Part shown: one piece after another, positions 44,980 to 53,939 of the stretch | How positions within the stretch are numbered: position 1 is the stretch's first letter | How the letters are laid out: each line of letters starts with the position of its first letter | Assembly (NCBI GenBank): GCA_963741205.1 | Contig: CAVUHW010000014.1 | Span: forward strand, 34,670-98,669 | Direction of reading: 5' to 3' | DNA: 64,000 nucleotides | From: Nitrospirota bacterium | GTDB taxonomy: Bacteria > Nitrospirota > UBA9217 | Translations under genes and position numbers: made by a program | Notes under the pieces: model-generated | Databases searched by the model: none | What the model was told of the DNA's origin: nothing | What the model saw: only the letters and a program-made list of their open reading frames with translations

Positions 44980-45153
44980 CTACTTGTGGTGAGATTCCAG
45001 TCTTTCTCCTTTGATGCCTATGATCTTAAAGAGGACCTCAATGAATGTTGCAATTAACACCCCCAGCCCCGACATGGTTACAACCGTGACTACTCCATAC
45101 CATACGTGGCTGTTTTTATTCAGATCGATAAGCCAGTGATTAAAACCTTCCAT
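44980..45153 (-). CDS. 57-aa single-TM protein (DVU0150-like)
   Basis: MEGFNHWLIDLNKNSHVWYGVVTVVTMSGLGVLIATFIEVLFKIIGIKGERLESHHK*; GGAGGTGA RBS; upstream of tauE. Confidence 0.65.
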   Translation of the reverse strand: MEGFNHWLIDLNKNSHVWYGVVTVVTMSGLGVLIATFIEVLFKIIGIKGERLESHHK

Positions 45154-45249
45154 GGTTGCTCACCTCCCTTCTTTTATTACTTATCAGTGCTGTCTTTCCA
45201 ATTTGGACATGATTGGCATTGGGGGCGAAGACATTCAGAAAAAAATACT

Positions 45250-46002
45250 CTATTCACCTCCCAATTCGGGATTTCTTTCGAATTCGGTAGAAAATTTGAA
45301 TCGGTCAGATCGCTTGATAGTACGCATGAACATGATCTGCGAATCTCTCGCGAAAAACTGCTGCTCCTTCACCAACACTGGTGCGCCACTGGAAAGCCCC
45401 AGCAGGCTGGCGTCATCATCGGAAAGATAGGCAATATCTATAAAATCAACTACCTTGGTAATTTTAATTGCATGCTTCTTTTCAACAATATCAAAAAGGG
45501 AGCCATTTGACAAATCCTCTTCGAGTAGTGACGGGCAGACATGATAAGGTACATATGCTTCTTGTAATAAAACAGGTTCGCCGTTAACCGACCGAAGCCT
45601 CTTGATATATATTACATGTCTGTCGATCGGGATATTGAGCTTGAGATCAATATCATCTGTGGGCATTATTACGGTATTGGCCAATACCTCGGTGGTGAAA
45701 TCCAGGCCTGCCTCAAGCATCATGTCTGCCATGCTCTTGTACATGGTAAACCACTCTGGAATTACTCTTTTGCAAACGAAGGTGCCTTTACCCTGTTGAC
45801 GTCTGAGGTACCCCTGTCTTGCAAGCTCGAGAACGGCGAGTTTGACTGTTGCCCTGCTCACGTCGTACATTTTACACAGCTCGTCTTCCGTTGGAATTTG
45901 GGAGCCTATAACCCACTCACCGCTGCCTATCTTTCCTTTCAGCAGGACATAGAGTTGCACATACAGTTTTTGGTGTTTTTCTCGTTCTATAGTATTATTC
46001 AT
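45250..46002 (-). CDS. GntR/HutC-family regulator with UTRA domain
   Basis: LYVQL, IPTEDELCKMYDVSRATVK, QGKGTFV, IKRLRSVNGEP. Confidence 0.93.
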   Translation of the reverse strand: MNNTIEREKHQKLYVQLYVLLKGKIGSGEWVIGSQIPTEDELCKMYDVSRATVKLAVLELARQGYLRRQQGKGTFVCKRVIPEWFTMYKSMADMMLEAGLDFTTEVLANTVIMPTDDIDLKLNIPIDRHVIYIKRLRSVNGEPVLLQEAYVPYHVCPSLLEEDLSNGSLFDIVEKKHAIKITKVVDFIDIAYLSDDDASLLGLSSGAPVLVKEQQFFARDSQIMFMRTIKRSDRFKFSTEFERNPELGGE

Positions 46003-46123
46003 AATTTCCCATGTAATATTTAATATATTGTTATGTCTTTTTGTATATAAAGATATTACATTATGTTTTTTGATTTGTCAAGGTACGGCGTTTATATATT
46101 TTTTTTATGATATAATGTATACC

Positions 46124-48679
46124 ATGTTAAAATTTACCAAATTATTCAAAGGGAAAGACAGTTGTTCGGCTGACTCGAAGAATGAGATAAAGCAGCTATT
46201 GCAAGCGAAATATTCCTCTTTCCAACATCTACTCGAACAGAACAACGTTGTACTCATGCTCATAGCAGATATCGAAGACAAACTCACGTCTGAATATCTT
46301 TTTGATCAACAGTATATTAAAACAAGCATGCAATCCCTGTCAGAGGGCGTCACCAACATCATCAAGAGTCTTAACGATCTCTCTAACAACAAATATGAAA
46401 GGCTTTATAGCCAATACAACACCATCACTCATGAGATTGATCAGATACTATCTCCGAAAAAAGACATCCCTTTCAGCGATCTCGTGATTCCCCTTAAAAA
46501 CATCAGAGGGGACATGTCCACCATTGCAGGTGGAAAGATTGCCCATCTCGGAGAAATAAGGAATAGCATCAATCTTCCGGTACCCGAGGGGTTTTCTATT
46601 ACGGCCTATGCATTCAAACGATTCCTGGAGCACAACGATCTTGCCGAAAGGATCAATAAAAGTCTGTCTGCGCTATCAATAAGAAGCATGGACGAGATAA
46701 ATATATTTTGCACGGAGATGCGGAACGCCGTCATGCAAGCGGAGATCCCATCTGAATTGCATGAGGCCATAAGGATCGCGATCGAAAATATAAAATCCCC
46801 GGATCAACATACCCCCTTGATGGTTTCTGTGAGAAGCAGCGCGACCCAGGAGGACGGTGAAGTGAGTTTTGCAGGCCAGTATGCCACCTACTTGAACGTT
46901 CCTGAGGATTTAGTCACTCTAAAATATAAGGAGGTTATCGCCAGCCTCTTCCGGCCCCGCACCGTATTCTATTACAAGTCGAAGGGCTTTTCACAAGCGG
47001 ACGTGGTTATGTCCGTCGGCGTGATACGCATGATTGATGCAAAGGCGGCGGGAGTCGTATACACAAGGGATCCGAATGAATCTGACAGCGATGGAATCAT
47101 CATTAACGCAGCATGGGGTCTTGGAAAATCCGTTGTTGATGGTACCGTAACGCCTCAGACCTATATTGTGTCCCGTCCGAATATGGTGATACAAGAGAAA
47201 CGTCTGACGGAGCAGAGCAGCATGCTCATTTGTTCTCCTGGTGGTGCTATCGCGGAAGCGCTCGTCCCGGAGGCAGCCAGAAATACATCCTGCCTGAACG
47301 ATGACCAGATACATACGCTGTCTGGCCATGCAGTTGCCCTGGAACGCTACTACGGAAAGCCGCAGGACATCGAGTGGGCCGTTGATCGGGACGATAGAAT
47401 ATACATCCTCCAAAGTAGAACGCTCAAAACGAGCAAAACCGGGGACTCGCTCCGTAAGATTCCGAGAAGACTTGAAAAATATAACATCCTTATCGATAAG
47501 GGTCTCATCGCCAGCAAGGGAGTAGGCTTTGGACGAGCTTTCATTGTCAAGAACAATGCAGACCTGAAAGAGTTTCCGGAAGGCGGTGTGCTCGTGGCAA
47601 AAAACATGGATGCGGAGTTCGTGGTCGTGATGGACAAAGCCGCGGCCATGGTAACCGATACCGGCAGTATTACCGGCCATATGGCCTCGCTCGCGAGGGA
47701 ATATGCTATCCCCACGATCGTCGACACAAACACGGCCTTAACCTGCATCAAAAGCGGGCAGGAAATCACTGTTGACGCCGTCAACTGCAACGTCTATGAG
47801 GGCAAAGTCGAAGAGATACTGAATCTCATCCCCCGAGGTTCAGCATTTCGGGATACGCGCGTTTTCAAGACCCTTGAGAGGGTGTTCGAGCATATTGCAC
47901 CCCTGAACCTTGTTAGTCCCGATTCAGAGAATTTCAGGCCTGAATACTGCAATACCTTTCACGATATAACCAGATTCTCGCATGAGAAGGCGATGTCAGA
48001 AATGTTCTCTATCGGCGCGGATCATGATATGGACGAATGCCATGCGGTGCCGCTCAAGGCCTGGATTCCCATGGATGCACATCTTATCGACCTCGGCGGA
48101 GGACTAAAGGAAAACATCGTAAAGGCGGCTCCGGAGGACATATGTTCAATCCCGTTTTCCGCCTTTCTAAAAGGGATGATGGGCATGAGATGGCCTGAAC
48201 CGAGGCCCGCGGACGTGAAGGGATTTTTAGGTATGATCGCCAACACAGCATCCATACCCGAATGTGAGCTGCGTGAGACTGCGGATAGAAGTTATGCCAT
48301 CATATCGAAAAATTACATGAACTTCAGCATTAGGCTGGGATACCATTTCTCCTCCGTAGAGGCGTATGCAGGTGAAAATAGTAATTGCAACTATATAAAA
48401 TTTCACTTCAAAGGCGGCGGGGCGACAACTGACAGGAGGCTGAGACGCATCCGGCTGATAACGGAAATACTGCAAAAAATCAATTTTACCGTCAATGTCA
48501 AGGAAGATGTTATGGCCGCCGTGCTCCCCAAATTCGAGCTTTCAGACATGGTAAAGAGACTGGAGGTCATGGGCAAGCTCACTGCCTATACCAAACAGCT
48601 TGATATGGCAATGTACAATGACGCCGTCACTGATCTTTTTATCGAAGATTTTATCAGGGACCACGTGAAAAACTTATAA
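46124..48679 (+). CDS. Second PEP synthase/pyruvate-water dikinase-like paralog
   Basis: GGKIAHLGE, VSVRSSATQED, PQDIEWA, GSITGHMASLARE, RLGYHFS; collinear with 40457..43013. Confidence 0.9.
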   Translation: MLKFTKLFKGKDSCSADSKNEIKQLLQAKYSSFQHLLEQNNVVLMLIADIEDKLTSEYLFDQQYIKTSMQSLSEGVTNIIKSLNDLSNNKYERLYSQYNTITHEIDQILSPKKDIPFSDLVIPLKNIRGDMSTIAGGKIAHLGEIRNSINLPVPEGFSITAYAFKRFLEHNDLAERINKSLSALSIRSMDEINIFCTEMRNAVMQAEIPSELHEAIRIAIENIKSPDQHTPLMVSVRSSATQEDGEVSFAGQYATYLNVPEDLVTLKYKEVIASLFRPRTVFYYKSKGFSQADVVMSVGVIRMIDAKAAGVVYTRDPNESDSDGIIINAAWGLGKSVVDGTVTPQTYIVSRPNMVIQEKRLTEQSSMLICSPGGAIAEALVPEAARNTSCLNDDQIHTLSGHAVALERYYGKPQDIEWAVDRDDRIYILQSRTLKTSKTGDSLRKIPRRLEKYNILIDKGLIASKGVGFGRAFIVKNNADLKEFPEGGVLVAKNMDAEFVVVMDKAAAMVTDTGSITGHMASLAREYAIPTIVDTNTALTCIKSGQEITVDAVNCNVYEGKVEEILNLIPRGSAFRDTRVFKTLERVFEHIAPLNLVSPDSENFRPEYCNTFHDITRFSHEKAMSEMFSIGADHDMDECHAVPLKAWIPMDAHLIDLGGGLKENIVKAAPEDICSIPFSAFLKGMMGMRWPEPRPADVKGFLGMIANTASIPECELRETADRSYAIISKNYMNFSIRLGYHFSSVEAYAGENSNCNYIKFHFKGGGATTDRRLRRIRLITEILQKINFTVNVKEDVMAAVLPKFELSDMVKRLEVMGKLTAYTKQLDMAMYNDAVTDLFIEDFIRDHVKNL

Positions 48680-48707
48680 GAGCGACGCGATTACCGATGG
48701 GTCACAT

Positions 48708-49127
48708 TCAGCCGCCCGCTTTCAGCTTTTCCTTCAACATCCTGTTTTCCTTTTGAAGCGCAACGAACTTCATGGCTTTTTCTATCGTGAAAAGTATCTG
48801 TTCTTTCTTGAAGGGTTTCGTGATGAAATCGAATCCCCCCTTCTGCATTGTCTCGACCGCGGATTCCACAGAGCCGTAAGCCGTGATGAAGATCACGGGG
48901 ATATTTTCATCCCAGCGTCTGATGGCTTCAAGTACCTCTATTCCGTCGAGTCCGGGCATTTTCAGATCTGTAATTACCAGGGTAAATCCGCCTTTTTCTA
49001 CAAGTTGAACTGCCTCATGCGGATTGACCGTCGTCACAGCCTCATAAGGGGTTTTTTCCCTAATGATCATGCTCAGGAGTTTCAGCATGTCAGGTTCATC
49101 ATCAACTATCAATAATTTTTCAGGCAT
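48708..49127 (-). CDS. Single-domain response regulator
   Basis: LLIVDDE, ITDLKMPGLDG, ITAYG, FITKPF; no output domain. Confidence 0.93.
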   Translation of the reverse strand: MPEKLLIVDDEPDMLKLLSMIIREKTPYEAVTTVNPHEAVQLVEKGGFTLVITDLKMPGLDGIEVLEAIRRWDENIPVIFITAYGSVESAVETMQKGGFDFITKPFKKEQILFTIEKAMKFVALQKENRMLKEKLKAGG

Positions 49128-49215
49128 ATTTTCTCCTCCCCCCTTCGGCGTGCTGCATCCTGTTTTTTTTACATTACAAATAAACTGAGGTTAGAACATT
49201 GCTCCGATCGTCCGC

Positions 49216-51495
49216 TTAATCCTGCGCGACTGGCAAGGATATTGTGAACGTCGTTCCTGTTAACGGCGTTTTGCTATCCGGCGCGTCGATAATGTTCGAG
49301 CCATCGTGGACGGCATATGACGTTTCCTCAGCCGTCCTCGTCTCGAAAGTGATCTTCCCCCCGTACTTTGAGATGATGGCATAACACACGGAAAGGCCCA
49401 GTCCCGTGCCCTCGCCCACCTCCTTTGTCGTAAACAATGGATCGAATATTTTATTCCTGTGCTCTTTTTTGATGCCATGCCCGGTATCAGATAGCCTAAT
49501 TACCACATCGCCGTTTGCGGCAGTATCTGTCGCCACCGTCAGTACTCCATGTCCCTTCATGGCATATATGGCGTTATTGATAATGTTTAAGAAGACCTGT
49601 TGAATCTCCCGAGAATCACCCTTGATTGCCGGCAGATCATGAGCGAGTTTCTTTTGAACGACAATCTTGCTCAGGCGCAAGGTATTCCCTGCCATCACCA
49701 GGACATCCTCGATATTGCTGTTAATTTCTATGAGCTCTTCCCTGCTCTCCCTGCAGCGGGCAAAACTCAGGAGGCTTTCAACGACCCGCTTCGCATTATT
49801 GCCCTGTTTTTCGATCGTTTTTAAAATATCATAGGTTTCGGACTCAGGAGGGGTTTTCTCGAGAAGCATGTCCGCAAATCCGAGTATGATCGCCAGGGGA
49901 TTGTTTATCTCATGCGCGACCCCCGCCGCCAGCGTCCCGAGAGAGGCAAGTTTCTCGGTGTGATACATCTGTTCCTCTCTTCTCTTCCTTTCCGTGACAT
50001 CCCTCGATATCCCGAGCACGGCGGAAGAGACCCCTGATTTGCCGGCGGCTAAGCTGTAGCTCGTGCTCACCCAGATCTCGGCATTATTGATATTCAGGGG
50101 ATAGACAATCTGCCGGCTCTCCCCGGTTGAGAATACCTCGTTTATCGCTTGGAACTGCCGTGAGGCACTCTCCTCATTGAAGCAGATTGTTCCTATATTC
50201 TGGCCTATTATATCCTTCTTGTCCAGGTTGAAAAACTCGGTACCGGCCTTGTTTATCGTGAGAAAATTGGCGTTTCGATCAACCGTATAGATTATATCGT
50301 TCGCATGCTCAACAAGCAAGGCGTATTGGTTCTCTGACTGGAAGAGTTCATCCGTTTTTCTGCGAACCTCTTCTTTGAGGGCGCTTGACCATTTAGCCAT
50401 TACGGTAAAAGTTATTAAGCTCCCGAAAAGAACAAAGAAGATAATGAGCCCTTCGAGCAAATACTGGCGGATCTGGATTTCCTCAATAGCACCTTTGACT
50501 TCGGATATAGGGGCAACGACAGCGACTGACCAAACTAGGTTACTGGGGGAGGCTGCAATGCGGACCGGGCTAAAGGCAATCAGCTTCTTAATGTTACCAT
50601 GGATGCCGAGATGCCAGCCCGAGGTATACCATCCTGTACCTTCCTCTCCTTTAAGCATCTTTCTTCTTTGAATGTCATTAATCAACCCGAAAGAAATCTT
50701 GGGGCTTTTCTCTTTACGAGCTTCGAAAGCATTCTTACCGATGAAGCTGGATTCGTGATGATACAGGAAGTCACCGTCGCTGTCGATCATCCATGCATAC
50801 CCGGTCTTTCCCGACCTGATATCTCTGAGTGTTCGTTCCGCGACCGTCATCGCGTCCACCACAGATATCAAGACACCCCGCACCCGTGACGCTTCGCGGG
50901 AATGATTCGTCGAACCAATGTCGGTATAGACAGGCTTGGCAATATATAAGAGTATCCTTCGGCTCTTGGAATGCACGGTGGATACATGGAAGACGTTATC
51001 GTCTTTGAGTTGAAGCGTGGAAGCGAGGAGTTCCCGTTCTTCCGCACTCGGGCTCGTAGTGCTGAATCCGGCGCCAAGGGGGGTGACGCGGTAGGTCCGG
51101 TTGGCTGCAGCATCAAAAAAGCGGATCTCTTCCAGCCCCTCATCAGCGAGAAGAGAATAGGAAAGCGGCAGTTGCCATTTCAGGAAAAAAGGGGCAGACG
51201 ATCGGAGGTATGGATGCTGGCTTAAGAGCAGCATCTCCCGTTCTACGAGCTGGATAAAGTTCTCGGTCTGAAGTGCGGCGTGCTTCGCGAGGACGAGCTG
51301 CTGCTGATTGAAATCTTCTACGGCTACTTCCCGGACCTTTTTTGCAGACATCCAGCCCAGCAGAAGAACGACTGAAAGAATGAAGATTGTCAGAGCAGTG
51401 AGCCTGAGTTTCCAGCGCTTTTCAGCATACCGAAATAAAACTGCCGAAAAACGATCTGAAAAAAACTCACAGAACCTTTCAATGGGGTTGATCAC
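49216..51495 (-). CDS. Sensor histidine kinase (Cache + PAS + HisKA/HATPase)
   Basis: Two TMs, GKTGYAW, AGVAHEINNPL, QVFLNIINNA, DTGHGI, FTTKEVGEGTGLGL. Confidence 0.95.
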   Translation of the reverse strand: MINPIERFCEFFSDRFSAVLFRYAEKRWKLRLTALTIFILSVVLLLGWMSAKKVREVAVEDFNQQQLVLAKHAALQTENFIQLVEREMLLLSQHPYLRSSAPFFLKWQLPLSYSLLADEGLEEIRFFDAAANRTYRVTPLGAGFSTTSPSAEERELLASTLQLKDDNVFHVSTVHSKSRRILLYIAKPVYTDIGSTNHSREASRVRGVLISVVDAMTVAERTLRDIRSGKTGYAWMIDSDGDFLYHHESSFIGKNAFEARKEKSPKISFGLINDIQRRKMLKGEEGTGWYTSGWHLGIHGNIKKLIAFSPVRIAASPSNLVWSVAVVAPISEVKGAIEEIQIRQYLLEGLIIFFVLFGSLITFTVMAKWSSALKEEVRRKTDELFQSENQYALLVEHANDIIYTVDRNANFLTINKAGTEFFNLDKKDIIGQNIGTICFNEESASRQFQAINEVFSTGESRQIVYPLNINNAEIWVSTSYSLAAGKSGVSSAVLGISRDVTERKRREEQMYHTEKLASLGTLAAGVAHEINNPLAIILGFADMLLEKTPPESETYDILKTIEKQGNNAKRVVESLLSFARCRESREELIEINSNIEDVLVMAGNTLRLSKIVVQKKLAHDLPAIKGDSREIQQVFLNIINNAIYAMKGHGVLTVATDTAANGDVVIRLSDTGHGIKKEHRNKIFDPLFTTKEVGEGTGLGLSVCYAIISKYGGKITFETRTAEETSYAVHDGSNIIDAPDSKTPLTGTTFTISLPVAQD

Positions 51496-51699
51496 GGCAG
51501 CGATTCCCTCGGGACCTTACCGGCTGATCGAGTGTATGGATATAGCTTATGGTACGACGAATGCTGCACCCTATTCGATTGATATTATACCCCAACCGGC
51601 TGCGCTAAGCAAGGTTGTTCCAAAGCGAATTGACTTACCAATTAATGGAAGCTTTGTCAGGTATAGGATAATAATGCGCTTGAGGACAACACGTGAATG

Positions 51700-51800
51700 T
51701 TTAGTTCTCTTGGTGCATCTGGAGGTGCGGGTGGCGGGTAACTGTTGAGGCAACTATTATATGCTTCCTGGCTCTCCCACAAGCACTGAGAGCGCAGCCT
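51700..51800 (-). pseudogene. Truncated paralog of the Cys-rich protein at 39382..39633
   Basis: Translates as RSQCLWESQEAYNSCLNSYPPPAP versus RAQCLRESQETYNNCLNSCPPPTP. Confidence 0.7.
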
Positions 51801-51876
51801 GACCATCTTCATAGAAGAGACGATTCCCGGCAAGCCGGAATGACGTCAAAAAAAGTTCCGATTTTTTTTAGATCAT

Positions 51877-52491
51877 TCAATTAACCTTCCTTATTTGATA
51901 TCGTATCATCGTATAATATTTCTTGGGGTCTCCCGTGAGGAACATTCCCGGACCTCTCAGATATTCTTCTTCATGGTATCCGGTGATTTCGTAGCCTTGC
52001 CGTTTTATAAATTGACGCAGTTTTTCGATCGTCTGCGTCTCTTCCGAATACGGCCCAATGTGAAGAATTTCTGCGACATCTCCATATTCCCAGGTTGTCA
52101 ATTCAGCCTTGTAACCGGGTTCCGAAGCTATCGGCGGAAGCGATGCAATCCCATCAGGAACCGGCATGGCGTAGAAGCCTGTCCAGGACGACTTTACTTG
52201 AGGATCACCGGCCCATCGAGCGCGTGGCGCCTGATTGATACTTTTCGGAACACCAGGAATTTTATAATAGGTCTTGAACAGCAACTTAAATGCCTTGCTT
52301 CCGACCATATTCGGGTCTCCCTGAGCAGTCACGACGAGCATCTTCTGGTTTGCCATCCTCGTTACGCGCGGCTCTTTCAGGAAGTCGTACTTGCTGAGAT
52401 TCGGTCCTTGAGAAATAAAATACAGGGCTACAATGATCAAAAACGCCACTATAGCGATGCCGCCGAATAGTGAGTACGATTTCTTGCGCAT
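51877..52491 (-). CDS. GyrI-like small-molecule-binding domain protein with N-terminal TM
   Basis: AEILHIGPYSEE, GYHEEEYL, DPKKYYTMIRY. Confidence 0.85.
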   Translation of the reverse strand: MRKKSYSLFGGIAIVAFLIIVALYFISQGPNLSKYDFLKEPRVTRMANQKMLVVTAQGDPNMVGSKAFKLLFKTYYKIPGVPKSINQAPRARWAGDPQVKSSWTGFYAMPVPDGIASLPPIASEPGYKAELTTWEYGDVAEILHIGPYSEETQTIEKLRQFIKRQGYEITGYHEEEYLRGPGMFLTGDPKKYYTMIRYQIRKVN

Positions 52492-52641
52492 GCATTTCCT
52501 CCTTTAATCTGAACGCCCGTTATTAATCGGGACAGGGACCCCGTCCTCAGTTCTCATGATAAAAAGTCTATCACGGGACCAGGCATCCCGCTGTTCTAAT
52601 CTGCTAATCATTTGGCCGATGATCGTGACGGAGGGAACAGG

Positions 52642-53154
52642 TCACCGCACAACGTATGCGAGAGCGCCGTCTTCGACGGCGTAGAAAACCGATAAGAGGT
52701 CTTTCCTGGCGAGCGATAGGGAGGGGATGTCCGCCTGCTGCTTTGGGACTGCCGAGAGCTTCCACCTGACGATAAGGGATTTTCCGAATGCCAGCGCATG
52801 CCGATCCTTCTTCCCTTCGATCTTCTCCGTCAGCGTCAGCATCCCGGGCCTAAGTGAACGGCTTGGAAAATTCTTCGAGGTCTGAAACCGGAAGTCCTTC
52901 AGCACGCGGTTTTTGTAACTGAGATGTCCCGTTTTTTTCTTGATGTCAAGGATCAGATACTTCGAATCGTTTTCGTACATCATCTTCTGGAAAAGCAGAT
53001 AATCCTGTTCGCGCCGGAGGCTCTCGATCCTCGCATGGAGCGCTCGACGCTGGTCCCTGAGCGCAGCCCGCTCGCCGCGGTCCGGATCGCCCTTGTCGGC
53101 ACCCGTGAGGAAAATGGACAACAGTAATAACAAGGAGACGACTATACGATTCAT
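52642..53154 (-). CDS. Hypothetical secreted coiled-coil protein
   Basis: Signal-like MNRIVVSLLLLL, a coiled coil, then KYLILDIKKK; layout parallels the upstream L,D-transpeptidase but has no HGC motif. Confidence 0.6.
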   Translation of the reverse strand: MNRIVVSLLLLLSIFLTGADKGDPDRGERAALRDQRRALHARIESLRREQDYLLFQKMMYENDSKYLILDIKKKTGHLSYKNRVLKDFRFQTSKNFPSRSLRPGMLTLTEKIEGKKDRHALAFGKSLIVRWKLSAVPKQQADIPSLSLARKDLLSVFYAVEDGALAYVVR

Positions 53155-53220
53155 TCTACTCTGCGCTCCGGCAAATTCCGCCATTTGCTTACACCGAGGA
53201 TTGCAAAAAGGAAAAGCCAC

Positions 53221-53251
53221 TGGATTCCCGATAAAGGCGCTCGGGAATGAC
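53221..53251. repeat. Palindromic repeat family A (half)
   Basis: tggattcccgataaaggcgctcgggaatgac; another half copy at 51822-51844. Confidence 0.7.
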
Positions 53252-53276
53252 GGGCATTTCCCCCGCATTCTCTGCA

Positions 53277-53939
53277 TTAGAACAGGTACACCTTCGTTCC
53301 GATCTTCACCGATTTGTAGACTAATTCCAGATCGTCGTCGCCGAGGGAGACACATCCGTGGGTGAAGTGGGTGCCCAGGAGTTTGGTGTATTTTGTGCCG
53401 TGAATCTTGTAGCCGTTTCCGAGCAAAAGCGCATACTTCCCCATTACGCCGTGAACAAGCCGGTCAGGGTCGTGCGGAGGCGGGACAGGCATGTTCTCCT
53501 CCACATACGACCAGTCGGGCCTTATCCAGACGGGGTTTCTCTCTTTCCCCAGCACCGTAAACGACCCCATGGGCGTCTCAAAAAACCAGTTCGTGCCGGT
53601 CTCCGCCTCGATAAACTTGCGGCTTCCGGTCCCGCAGACAGCGGTATGGACCACGGCGTCCCCTTGACGCAGTGTCAGCCGGTTGCTCTCGGTGTCCACC
53701 ACGACATAAAGCTCGTCGTCCTTTTGTTCCACGAGAATTTTCCGGAGGCCCCGGTTTTCCTCTTCGAGCCGCGCCGCTTCCTGCTGCAGGGTCTGGACTT
53801 CCGCGCGGAGCTCTTCAACCGAAGGAGCAGCGCGGAAACAGTTCCGGCCCAGGATGATGATCAGGACAGGAATGGCAATAAGCCGGCAATGATGCCGATA
53901 ACCGTCCAGCTCAGATGATTTTTGTTTTCTATTCCGCAT
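53277..53939 (-). CDS. L,D-transpeptidase (YkuD family); start uncertain
   Basis: YVVVDTESNRL, FETPMG, NPVWIRPDW, YKIHGT...THGCVSL. Confidence 0.88.
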   Translation of the reverse strand: MRNRKQKSSELDGYRHHCRLIAIPVLIIILGRNCFRAAPSVEELRAEVQTLQQEAARLEEENRGLRKILVEQKDDELYVVVDTESNRLTLRQGDAVVHTAVCGTGSRKFIEAETGTNWFFETPMGSFTVLGKERNPVWIRPDWSYVEENMPVPPPHDPDRLVHGVMGKYALLLGNGYKIHGTKYTKLLGTHFTHGCVSLGDDDLELVYKSVKIGTKVYLF

